The notes beneath the pieces were generated by a model, which had not been told where the DNA came from, did not search any database, and saw only the letters and a program-made list of their open reading frames with translations. A program made the position numbers and the translations under genes. A stretch of DNA of 64,000 nt from Anaerolineales bacterium (GTDB taxonomy: Bacteria; Chloroflexota; Anaerolineae; Anaerolineales; UBA11858). The first letter of the stretch is position 1, and each line of letters opens with the position of its first letter. This document shows positions 8,720 through 17,173 of the stretch, in pieces. The stretch spans positions 5,622 through 69,621 of the forward strand of contig JBARSJ010000116.1 of the NCBI GenBank assembly GCA_049644685.1. Reading direction: 5' to 3'.

Positions 8720-9631
8720 ATGATTTCTAATAAGGATTATCTCTCAATAATCATTCCTGCTTATAATGAAGAGAAAGTTATTGGTCAGGTTGTTAACCAG
8801 ATCCAATCTGTGATTAATGAATTGGGTTTCAAATATGAGATCCTGGTTGTGGATGATGGATCAGGAGACGGGACAGCAAATTTAGCGCGAGAAGCAGGGG
8901 CACGTGTAATTCAACATCCGGAAAATATCGGAAATGGCGCTGCGATTAAAACAGGTATTCGCAAGGCAAAAGGGAATGTCATTGTCATGTTAGATTCGGA
9001 TGGGCAGCATCCCCCGGAAGATATCCCTCGCCTGCTGGAAAAGTTAGGACCCTATGATATGGTCGTTGGGGCAAGGACAAAGACGTCTGAAACTGATCTC
9101 CGCCGGGATTTCGGGAATAAAATATATAATGCTTTGGCGACTTATGTTTGCGGACGAAAAATTGAGGATTTGACTTCCGGGTTTCGGGCGATTAAAGCGG
9201 ATGTTGCCCAGAAATTTGTCTATTTACTGCCAAATAAATTTTCTTATCCTACCACTATAACTTTAGCGGTCCTGCGGTCTGGTTTGAGTCTGGCGTATGT
9301 CCCGATAGAGGGGAAAAGACGAATTGGAAAGAGCAAGATTAAACTTGTCCGCGACGGAATGAGGTTTTTAATGATTATTCTTCGCGTATCCACCTATTAT
9401 TCTCCGCTTAAGATTTTCATTCCGGTAAGCATATTAATGTTTTTAACCGGATTTGGTTATGGATTATACAAGGTGATATTCCTGAATACTCGCTACGGGC
9501 CTACTTCTGCGATGTTGATGACTATTTCTGTGGTGATATTTATGGTTGGCCTCGTCTCAGAGCAAGTAGCTCATTTGCGGTACCTATGGAGCGAAAAATC
9601 CACCGAAAGTGATGAATTCAAAGAATCGTAG
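8720..9631 (+). CDS. family 2 glycosyltransferase, polyprenyl-phosphate sugar synthase type (GtrB/DPM1/ArnC-like)
   Basis: IIIPAYNEE...VVDDGSGDGT...MLDSDGQHPPEDI motifs plus two C-terminal TM helices. Confidence 0.88.
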   Translation: MISNKDYLSIIIPAYNEEKVIGQVVNQIQSVINELGFKYEILVVDDGSGDGTANLAREAGARVIQHPENIGNGAAIKTGIRKAKGNVIVMLDSDGQHPPEDIPRLLEKLGPYDMVVGARTKTSETDLRRDFGNKIYNALATYVCGRKIEDLTSGFRAIKADVAQKFVYLLPNKFSYPTTITLAVLRSGLSLAYVPIEGKRRIGKSKIKLVRDGMRFLMIILRVSTYYSPLKIFIPVSILMFLTGFGYGLYKVIFLNTRYGPTSAMLMTISVVIFMVGLVSEQVAHLRYLWSEKSTESDEFKES

Positions 9632-9753
9632 ATCTCAGATTGTCCCCATTTTCAAACGTGGAGAATTATGGAGCTATGGGCATCTAGTTGTTCCAGATCC
9701 TCACAATACAGATTTAAGAAAAAAAGCAGGATATTAGCTGTTGGAGCAGACCA

Positions 9754-10728
9754 TTGAAAAGAGGTAGGATTTATCTTGGCATCGTAGTATCACTGATAGT
9801 GATTGGTTATGTGCTTCTAAAGCTAGATTGGCAGCAAGTCTGGATTACAATTAATAGTCTGAATTGGGATTGGTTAATTGTTGCTTTATTATTCCAGATC
9901 GCGAATTATTATTTTCGATCCATGCGTTTTATTTCAATCTTAGATCTTGCAGATTTTCCTTTCCTTAAGATATTAGGAATTACAAATCTTTATGGAATGT
10001 ATCTATATTTGATGCCATTTAAAGTTGGTGAGGCATCATTTCCATTATTGATTAAAGAACATTTAGATGTACCCCTTGTAAAAAGCACAGCAGCTTTGCT
10101 TGTTGTCAGATTTACGGATTTTATGGTTATCGCGCTCCTTATACCCGCAATGTTAATCTTTCAATGGACGAACCTTTCCGGTTGGCTGCGTTATGGAGCA
10201 GGATTACTAAGCATGGTGATTTTTAGTTTATGGCTTTTTTTTATCTGGCTTGTACGGAATCCAGACAAAATACTAAATTCTCAGGTAATGAATATCAACT
10301 TGAGGAAAGCTGTTATGAAAAGAATTCGTCAGATAATTCTAAGAATTTTTGAAGAAATTCTTAGAATTGACCGGCAGAAAAAATATTGGCGTACTCTGAT
10401 TTTTACTTCTTTGATATGGATATGTATTCAAGCGACCCTTTTTTTTATCATTAAAAGTTTGGGATTCTCAATTGTTATTACTCAAGTATTCATGATTACT
10501 ATCATTACACTGCTGTTGAGTTTATCGCCTATTCAAGGAATAGCCAATCTTGGATCCCATGAAATAAGTTGGGTTACTGCATTTGCTCTGTTTGGATTTA
10601 CTTACAATGACTCCTTGAATATCGCTGTTAACTCACATCTGATATATATAGCTCTTAGTATTTTATTAGGCTTATCTGGAAATGTTTTGATAACTTTTTG
10701 GAAGCCTAAAGATAGACCTTTACAATGA
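9754..10728 (+). CDS. flippase-like / lysyl-PG-synthase-TM-region family membrane protein
   Basis: 324-aa polytopic ORF with a TTG start. The N-terminus KRGRIYLGIVVSLIVIGYVLLKLDWQQVW...LLFQIANYYFRSMRF resembles the UPF0104 flippase-like family often found beside GT2 genes. AT-rich coding sequence. Confidence 0.65.
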   Translation: MKRGRIYLGIVVSLIVIGYVLLKLDWQQVWITINSLNWDWLIVALLFQIANYYFRSMRFISILDLADFPFLKILGITNLYGMYLYLMPFKVGEASFPLLIKEHLDVPLVKSTAALLVVRFTDFMVIALLIPAMLIFQWTNLSGWLRYGAGLLSMVIFSLWLFFIWLVRNPDKILNSQVMNINLRKAVMKRIRQIILRIFEEILRIDRQKKYWRTLIFTSLIWICIQATLFFIIKSLGFSIVITQVFMITIITLLLSLSPIQGIANLGSHEISWVTAFALFGFTYNDSLNIAVNSHLIYIALSILLGLSGNVLITFWKPKDRPLQ

Positions 10729-10755
10729 CCGGAAATAAAAACCCAGGACTCAATT

Positions 10756-11280
10756 ATGAAAGATAAATTAGGCAAATTTCTTATGGAGTGGCGCATCCGC
10801 ACTGTAATTCCACACATAAAAGGGCGCCTGCTAGATATTGGATGTGGCACTAATCAGTTAGTCAAAACCTATAAGGGAGAAGGCGTTGGCGTAGATGTTT
10901 ATCAGTGGGGGTATGTTGATTTAATTGTTGAAGATTCAGCTGATTTGCCGGTAAATGATAAAGAATTCGATACAGTTTCAATTATTGCATCATTAAATCA
11001 TATCCCAAATAGACAGGAAGTCCTTCAAGAAGCAAACAGAATACTCAAAGATGAGGGAATCATAGTTATTACAATGATCACCCCGCTAATTTCGGAAATT
11101 TGGCATCGTTTACGTGAGCCCTGGGATGTTGATCAGAGGGAACGAGGCATGAAAGAAGGAGAGGTATTTGGTCTGCAGGTGAAAGAGGTTGCAACTCTTC
11201 TTGAGGAAGCTGGTTTTAAAATCATCTACAGAGAACGATTTATGTTTTCTATCAACATGATAACGGTTGCAAGAAAATAA
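10756..11280 (+). CDS. class I SAM-dependent methyltransferase
   Basis: LLDIGCGTNQL (motif I) and acidic motif II/III spacing. 174 aa. Confidence 0.8.
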   Translation: MKDKLGKFLMEWRIRTVIPHIKGRLLDIGCGTNQLVKTYKGEGVGVDVYQWGYVDLIVEDSADLPVNDKEFDTVSIIASLNHIPNRQEVLQEANRILKDEGIIVITMITPLISEIWHRLREPWDVDQRERGMKEGEVFGLQVKEVATLLEEAGFKIIYRERFMFSINMITVARK

Positions 11281-11390
11281 TACCTCAGGACCTTATTGAT
11301 TAAGAGATCGATATATTGACCCTGAGTAATCCTCTGGCTCTCAGTAATTCCGCTCAAGTATATTATGGTTTCAATAGGCGAAATTAACAA

Positions 11391-11419
11391 TTGACTGGAT
11401 AAATTAAGTCAAGAATAAT
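11391..11419 (+). promoter_or_regulatory. candidate internal promoter (TTGACT-N17-AATAAT)
   Basis: TTGACT at 11391-11396, 17-nt spacer, AATAAT at 11414-11419, then AGGAG at 11421-11425 and the ATG at 11432. Confidence 0.35.
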
Positions 11420-11431
11420 CAGGAGATTAAG

Positions 11432-13261
11432 ATGTTTTTATTGGGATTAGTGTCAATTATTCAAATAACTCTCTTGCCCGGGTTGCTAATTCTGAAGATA
11501 TATAAAGTCAATAAAGGTTTTATTCAAAACCTGGTTTTATCTTTTGCATTAAGTTTGATATTTAACCATATATTTGTTGTTCTCCTGACTCATTTAGGCA
11601 TTAATTTCCCTGTTTTACATTACTTATTATTTATCTGTGAAGTAGTGGTTTTTGGATATCTTTTTGCAGCTGACTTAAAAGAACCGATCGGAGAAATTCT
11701 GGGGCGATATTATCAGAAAATTATTTCAGAACTGCAATCCCTGATCGGGAGAGAAGATACCGAAACCAAACCAGTCTTTGGAAAGGTGATTTATAGGATT
11801 ATCGCTAGTGTATTTGTTGTTTGGGCAATAATCTGCTTGATTTGGGCATTAAATATTCTTGTTTCCAGTTTTGGTTCTGTTTTCACAATCTGGGATTCGG
11901 TAGTCTCCTGGAATCAGTGGGCTGTCGAGTGGTTTTCAAATACCCAACCCTTAGATACCAAACGATATGCCCAATTAATTCCTACGAATTTCTCGATTAC
12001 TTATTCATTTATGCAGAGCGAAATAATCCAATTCTTTGCAATTGGATTCATGCCGCTATTTCCGTTATTCATTCTTTTGTTAATGTTGGATTTGGGTTTA
12101 GAACATAAGAATCTAGGATATATTATTGGATTGGTTGCAACGAGATATATTCTCAATCGTTTCTATTCACATTTTTTTAGTTCTGGTTATGTCGATGTTC
12201 CCCTGGTTTTTTTCACATGTTTAACTGTTTACCTTCTTTTAAAGTCCTTAAATATGAGTGATGAAGAAAAGAAAATCAAATATGTGTTCTTGGGATTTAT
12301 TATGGCTGCTGGAGCGGCTCTTACAAAACAAAATGGTTTATTTGTGTTTTCCGTATACCCGTTATTAGCCTACCTGATCGTTTTACGAAAAATCGATTCT
12401 CTTACCCAAAAAGAAAAAATTGGAAAATTAGTTATCTTCTTTTTAATCTCATTATCTCTGCTCATTCCCTGGTATATATTTAACGAAATCCGAATTCTGG
12501 AGGGTGCAAAAACCAATATTCTGATGTTGATTAGCCAAGATCATCATCGTGGTCTAACAAGAATTCAGCGTCTGGTAAAAGCTTATAAAGATCTTAGTGT
12601 TTACTTCTATCTTTATCCTTTTGTTATCATTACACTTCCGCTAATTGAAAAAGATTATAGAAAGATTGTCTTGTTAATTATGTTTCCCTATACGTTAATT
12701 TGGGCCTTTTTCTTTAGTAAATACACGAGAAATCTATCGATAGCCTTACCATTGCTGGGGATGGCAACCGGTTTGGGGGCGGATGGTTTGATTAGAGTTT
12801 TCACTGGTTTGGTTTCGAAATGGAAAATTGAGAAGGTGAAAGCTCAAATAATACTGGGGTCAATAGTTATCCTTATTATTGGTGCTGCACTGCTTGTTCC
12901 CAGCAGTATGTTAATTGATCTCCAGACTAACAACCAAAAACTTATTTTGGAGTCTGAAGTTAATCAGTTGATTTATCATCATTTCGATGAAAAAGGAAAA
13001 TTGGCACCAATTTTTACAAATTATCCTCTCAGGTATTTACCTGGTTTCGAACAATTACAAGTAAAAATTGGGGGGTTTGAAGATTACAATTTTTACCAAC
13101 AAAAACGGGCTGATTATCCTGATGTAAAGTATATGTTGATTTCATTGTATAAAGATAATGATGAAGTCGTAGCGGAAATTCAACAAAATATTAAACAAGG
13201 AAATTACGAATTAATTTTTTCTAAGAATCGATATATGTTTGTTCATATATTGAGTGATTGA
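11432..13261 (+). CDS. large polytopic membrane protein, possible GT-C-fold glycosyltransferase (ArnT/PMT-like)
   Basis: 609-aa ORF with a good SD (AGGAG). More than 10 predicted TM helices plus a C-terminal soluble domain. Context is beside a polyprenyl-P-sugar synthase. The family assignment is an inference, not a motif match. Very AT-rich. Confidence 0.55.
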   Translation: MFLLGLVSIIQITLLPGLLILKIYKVNKGFIQNLVLSFALSLIFNHIFVVLLTHLGINFPVLHYLLFICEVVVFGYLFAADLKEPIGEILGRYYQKIISELQSLIGREDTETKPVFGKVIYRIIASVFVVWAIICLIWALNILVSSFGSVFTIWDSVVSWNQWAVEWFSNTQPLDTKRYAQLIPTNFSITYSFMQSEIIQFFAIGFMPLFPLFILLLMLDLGLEHKNLGYIIGLVATRYILNRFYSHFFSSGYVDVPLVFFTCLTVYLLLKSLNMSDEEKKIKYVFLGFIMAAGAALTKQNGLFVFSVYPLLAYLIVLRKIDSLTQKEKIGKLVIFFLISLSLLIPWYIFNEIRILEGAKTNILMLISQDHHRGLTRIQRLVKAYKDLSVYFYLYPFVIITLPLIEKDYRKIVLLIMFPYTLIWAFFFSKYTRNLSIALPLLGMATGLGADGLIRVFTGLVSKWKIEKVKAQIILGSIVILIIGAALLVPSSMLIDLQTNNQKLILESEVNQLIYHHFDEKGKLAPIFTNYPLRYLPGFEQLQVKIGGFEDYNFYQQKRADYPDVKYMLISLYKDNDEVVAEIQQNIKQGNYELIFSKNRYMFVHILSD

Positions 13262-13317
13262 TTGGAGCAAATTTCTCTTCCCGCAATGGTTTGGTATCAC
13301 TGAATACTAAATTTTGC

Positions 13318-13346
13318 TTGACAGGGGAGAGGACACTTGCTAAAAT
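13318..13346 (+). promoter_or_regulatory. near-consensus sigma70-type promoter (TTGACA-N17-TAAAAT)
   Basis: TTGACA at 13318-13323, exact 17-nt spacer, TAAAAT at 13341-13346. Confidence 0.7.
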
Positions 13347-13353
13347 CACCCTC

Positions 13354-13682
13354 AGTAACTTAACAAATAAATAACGAAGGATTAACAGCGGCTGAGCCTC
13401 AGTTTTCTGAGGTGACGAGGTGGAGGTTCTTCCCCGCGAGGGGAATGCTAAACTGCAGTAACTTGCAGTGAAGATCGAAGGATCAGCGGATGCCTCTGAA
13501 GCCCGGCCATGGGCTTCTTTATCCTTCCCGAAAAAAAGCGGCTCAAAACCATCTGGTGACGGATGAGACAAATGCCCTTTAATGGCTCAGAGAATGAATT
13601 CCCATTTTTCTGGATTAAAAAGGGAAGGGCTGCCGTTAGACCTGATCAAGAATTAAAGGCACGCCCAAGCGTGCTTTTTTTT
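13354..13682 (+). promoter_or_regulatory. unclassified structured 5' leader RNA / candidate riboswitch-attenuator upstream of glnA
   Basis: About 330 nt between the promoter and an intrinsic terminator. Hairpins: 13397-13412; 13430-13445 (GCGA tetraloop); 13452-13469; nested 13477-13527; long bipartite 13558-13637. Direct repeat CGAAGGAT..CAGCGG.TG..CCTC at 13375-13400 and 13476-13496. No SD-preceded ORF. Confidence 0.55.
13659..13682 (+). terminator. intrinsic terminator 75 nt upstream of the glnA start
   Basis: GCACGC-CCAA-GCGTGC hairpin (13659-13674) followed by T8 (13675-13682). Confidence 0.8.
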
Positions 13683-13756
13683 GTTAAATTGTTTTAGCTA
13701 GCCACCGCATTGATTTATTCATGACAGGTGCTATTGTCCTTACTACTGGAGGAAAT

Positions 13757-15094
13757 ATGGATAACAAGGAATTATTATCACGAGTCAAAGAAGATGATGT
13801 TAAATTTATATCACTGCAGTTTACTGATGTCACTGGATCAGTAAAAAGTGTGGATATCACCCCTCAAAGACTGCCGGGAGCCCTGGAGGATGGGGTTTGG
13901 TTTGATGGATCATCTGTAGAAGGGTTTGCCAGAGTTCAGGAAAGTGATATGCGATTAGTACTGGATCCAGCTACATATGCAGTATTACAATGGAATCCAA
14001 AGGATTTGCAGAGAGCCAGAGTGTTTTGTGATATTTACAAGCCGGACGGAAAACCTTTTGAAGGAGATCCCCGGGGAGCCCTGAAACGAATGCTGTCTAC
14101 ACTGGAAGAAAAGGGATGGGTGTTTAATATTGGCGCGGAACCCGAATTCTTTTTATTCAAAAGGAACGGAGAAGAAGGTATGCATCCGGTCCCTTATGAT
14201 GTGGGTGGGTATTTTGATTTTTCCGCTCGCGATCAGGCAACGCTGGTCCGGACCGAGTTGATGTACGCGCTTGATGAGATGGGATTGGATGTTGAAATGG
14301 GCCATCATGAGGTTGCCCGAGGACAGCATGAGATTGATTTCCGATACGGGGAAGCACTAAAAGCTGCGGACAATGTGATCACCATGAAGTATACGGTAAA
14401 AGCGATTGCTGCTAAATATGATTTGATTGCTTCATTTATGCCAAAACCGATATTCGGTGTTAATGGATCAGGAATGCATACACATCAATCAATTTTTACC
14501 AAGAATGGGGAGAACTTGTTCCATGACCCTGAGGATGAAAACCATCTCTCCAAACTGGCTTATCATTTCCTCGCCGGGCAGCTTAATCATGCCCGGGGCA
14601 TGTCCGCAATTCTTGCGCCAACTGCCAATTCATATAAACGTTTGGTCCCGGGGTATGAAGCTCCGGTGTACATAGGATGGGCTCAGATAAACCGCTCCGC
14701 TTTAATCCGGCTTCCGCGCCATACTACCGGTCGGAATAAATCAATCCGTCTGGAATTAAGATGTCCGGATCCATCCGCAAACCCGTATCTGGCTTTTGCA
14801 GCTATGTTGGCAGCTGGATTAGATGGAATAAACCAGGAATTACCCTGTCCTGCTCCATTAAACAACCTGAATATCTGGAATCTGAGTGAGGATGAACGGA
14901 AAGAAAAAGGCATTGCCTCCTTGCCGGGATCATTGGCTGAAGCCATGCATGAATTTGAAAGTAATCAGGTGATAAAAGATGCCCTGGGTTCAACGATATG
15001 CGGTGTTTTCAGCCGGGCAAAATGGGCAGAAGTGGATGAATACCGGACCAGAGTGACAGATTGGGAAATCAGCCGTTATCTGGAATTAGCTTGA
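13757..15094 (+). CDS. glnA: glutamine synthetase, type I (GSI-alpha-like)
   Basis: ATG at 13757 preceded by GGAGG. MDNKELLSRVKEDDVKFISLQFTDVTGSVKSVDI..., GAEPEFFLF, GHHEVARGQHEIDF, NGSGMHTHQS, RLVPGYEAPVY. The region equivalent to the adenylylation loop reads NLNIWNLSEDE, with no NLYDLP Tyr motif. Confidence 0.95.
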   Translation: MDNKELLSRVKEDDVKFISLQFTDVTGSVKSVDITPQRLPGALEDGVWFDGSSVEGFARVQESDMRLVLDPATYAVLQWNPKDLQRARVFCDIYKPDGKPFEGDPRGALKRMLSTLEEKGWVFNIGAEPEFFLFKRNGEEGMHPVPYDVGGYFDFSARDQATLVRTELMYALDEMGLDVEMGHHEVARGQHEIDFRYGEALKAADNVITMKYTVKAIAAKYDLIASFMPKPIFGVNGSGMHTHQSIFTKNGENLFHDPEDENHLSKLAYHFLAGQLNHARGMSAILAPTANSYKRLVPGYEAPVYIGWAQINRSALIRLPRHTTGRNKSIRLELRCPDPSANPYLAFAAMLAAGLDGINQELPCPAPLNNLNIWNLSEDERKEKGIASLPGSLAEAMHEFESNQVIKDALGSTICGVFSRAKWAEVDEYRTRVTDWEISRYLELA

Positions 15095-15152
15095 ACAAAT
15101 AACCCCTTGTTTTGAATTAAGGGGAGCCTAGAAAAGTTGGCAAAGGGTGAAT

Positions 15153-15572
15153 ATGACTGTAGAGACAATGTACATTCAGATACAAACCAGCGGGAACGGG
15201 GATATTCTGGATATCACCTCCGAGATACAGTCCAAAATCTCGGATTGCAGCCTGGAAAATGGAATCGTCACAATCTTCACACCTTCAGCTACCAGCGGAT
15301 TATCAACACTGGAGTTTGAGTCTGGTTGTGTAGAGGATCTACAGAGATTGTTTAATGACATTCTTCCCCCAAACCGGGATTATGCCCATAATCAGCGCTG
15401 GGGAGACGGGAATGGACACAGCCATGCCAGGGCAGCGCTCCTGAAACCTTCGCTCACTGTCCCCTTTGTTGAAAAGAAATTGACTTTGGGGACTTGGCAG
15501 CAAATTGTCCTGGTTGATTTTGATACCAGGCATCGTCAACGAAAGTTGGTCGTTCAAATCCTGGGGGAATAA
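15153..15572 (+). CDS. YjbQ/UPF0047 family protein (secondary thiamine-phosphate synthase-like)
   Basis: ITSEIQ...GIVTIFTPSATSGLSTLEFESG...DGNGHSHARAALLKPSLTVPF..GKLTLGTWQQIVLVDFDTR is characteristic of UPF0047. The start is either GTG at 15147 or ATG at 15153. Confidence 0.85.
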   Translation: MTVETMYIQIQTSGNGDILDITSEIQSKISDCSLENGIVTIFTPSATSGLSTLEFESGCVEDLQRLFNDILPPNRDYAHNQRWGDGNGHSHARAALLKPSLTVPFVEKKLTLGTWQQIVLVDFDTRHRQRKLVVQILGE

Positions 15573-15590
15573 CTTAGAGGATTAGCTATC

Positions 15591-15626
15591 AAAAAAGCCT
15601 GGAGTATTTCTCCAGGCTTTTTCTTT
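15591..15626. terminator. bidirectional intrinsic terminator between convergent genes
   Basis: A6 - AGCCTGGAG - TATTT - CTCCAGGCT - TTTTCTTT. Confidence 0.7.
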
Positions 15627-15639
15627 ATTCTAGTAGAGA

Positions 15640-16995
15640 TCAGGATGCTGGTTTGGCTTCAACTGCACCTTCCGAAGAGGATCCCGGCAGCTTGTAATCC
15701 CGATATGCCAGCCACATTGCTCCAATACCAATCAGGGTAACAAATACTCCAATTGTAAAACCAACGAATGGAATAGCCCTGAGGAAAGTGTAAAGCAGCA
15801 CACCGATTATCATTGGCCAGATCGGTTGGTTCTCAAACTTGGGCGCTAACCAGCGGATGAGCAATTTCCCAACCATGTAAGCGACAACAATTTTACTGCC
15901 GTAAGATACAAGGAGTCCAAAGGCTGCCATGATCAAAGCCAGGCTCGAGAACCCAACTGTTAATATAACCCTTGATAGTTCGCCCAGAGTGACAACTCCG
16001 AAAAATACCGCTCCAGCAAGAATTAATCCTGCGACAATAAATGCGCCGATATAAACGATCAGAACAGATACCAAACCCCATCCCAGGGAGGGCATTGATT
16101 CTCGTTCCACTTTTTCACCGACTCTATTCAATAGCGCAGGTACCTGCCAGACAATCAATCCACCGAGCAGCATCAAAGTGATAAAGACACGAACCTGTTT
16201 TACCAACCAGGAGATAACTAAAGCACTTGAGCTGATCTCGCCAATTTCGTCGGGATCATATTGAGGATTTAGTTCGGGATCATATTCGAACGTGATCCCT
16301 CCTGCTGGGGAGATCTCAATCGCAGCAGACTGATCTACCGAACTTTTATATTTTAAGGACCCTCCAATTTCTGCATCTTTTGAGATACGGATTCCAGAAG
16401 GTACTAAGGTTTCTACACCGGGAGCGCCGGGGAAGAAATAAGTTTGCTGTCCTTCAGCTGGCCCGGCAACTTCAGCGTAAACATCATTCCCCACAAAACC
16501 ATTAATTTCCAGGGCACCAACTCCTGCTCGGACATCCCGGCCAACATGACCGGAAAGCAGGGCTTGATAGGCACCAACCAGGAGATCCTTTTCTACAATT
16601 GATCCAGATTCGGCAGAGAGGTTAAATCCTCCATAATATAGATTTCGACCGATCTCTGCTTCAGATCCAAGCGTGATTGTACTGGATGCGGCATAAACAC
16701 TGCCATCAACTATCCCGTCAACAAGGATGGATTGAGCGCCAGTGACCAGACTGCCATTTACAATGCCATTTACCTTTACCACAGACCCGAAAGCAATCAC
16801 ATCGCCATTAACTGTGCCGTTAATTTGTACAGTATCTCCACCGATAAACAAGTCATCATCAATGACCTCGCCCGCTTCAACTATGCCATCCTCATCAAAT
16901 TCAACAGCTTTTGCAGTTGTTGCAACTCCAAAACCCAAGGTGAATACTAGGAAAAGAGGGATTAAGATTATAAATAACTTCCGTTTTGCAGACAT
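15640..16995 (-). CDS. membrane protein with an extracytoplasmic bactofilin-like (polymer-forming cytoskeletal) repeat domain
   Basis: Signal peptide. Repeats of the type GDTVQINGTVNGDVIAFGSVVKVNGIVNGSLVTGAQSILVDGIVDGSVYA. About 5 C-terminal TM helices. Confidence 0.7.
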   Translation of the reverse strand: MSAKRKLFIILIPLFLVFTLGFGVATTAKAVEFDEDGIVEAGEVIDDDLFIGGDTVQINGTVNGDVIAFGSVVKVNGIVNGSLVTGAQSILVDGIVDGSVYAASSTITLGSEAEIGRNLYYGGFNLSAESGSIVEKDLLVGAYQALLSGHVGRDVRAGVGALEINGFVGNDVYAEVAGPAEGQQTYFFPGAPGVETLVPSGIRISKDAEIGGSLKYKSSVDQSAAIEISPAGGITFEYDPELNPQYDPDEIGEISSSALVISWLVKQVRVFITLMLLGGLIVWQVPALLNRVGEKVERESMPSLGWGLVSVLIVYIGAFIVAGLILAGAVFFGVVTLGELSRVILTVGFSSLALIMAAFGLLVSYGSKIVVAYMVGKLLIRWLAPKFENQPIWPMIIGVLLYTFLRAIPFVGFTIGVFVTLIGIGAMWLAYRDYKLPGSSSEGAVEAKPAS

Positions 16996-17173
16996 AACAA
17001 CTCCTTATTTTATTAATGTTAAATATTCACGAACGAAATTTCTGTCGGTAGTGTATACGTGAATAACTGGGATAAGTTGCACTCCATCGGGATGAATAGC
17101 AAGGGTTTAATCAAATACAGCCCTTCTCCACGAAGGGCTGTAAATTAGTGGAAATGCTGGAGATTAAGCGGAT

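Noticed and set aside
8575-13317. Whether the AT-rich glycosylation block next to selC is an integrated mobile element or genomic island.
   Set aside because: There is no integrase, transposase or recombinase. No direct repeat of the tRNA 3' end was found at the far boundary, and the block lies on the 5' (promoter) side of the tRNA rather than the usual 3' attachment side. It is reported only as a compositional anomaly.
13221-13571. 116-aa minus-strand ORF covering the glnA upstream region.
   Set aside because: The sequence is low-complexity (SPDGFEPLFFGKDKEAHGRASEASADPS...). It has no SD, runs antisense to a promoter-leader-terminator unit, and overlaps the end of the upstream gene. Treated as a chance ORF in structured RNA.
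13354-13682. Whether the glnA leader is a known class: T-box, TPP, cobalamin, the glutamine (glnA RNA motif) riboswitch, RNase P, 6S or tmRNA.
   Set aside because: It contains CAGCGGCTGA and AGAGA strings reminiscent of T-box stem I, and CTCAGAGA / ACCTGATC strings reminiscent of TPP. However, the order is wrong and the diagnostic cores are absent (GGTGGTACCGCG, CTGAGA...CCTGATCTGGATAATGCCAGCG, GCCACTG, GGAAGTAGG). I therefore did not assign a known family. This judgement is from memory and needs an Rfam scan.
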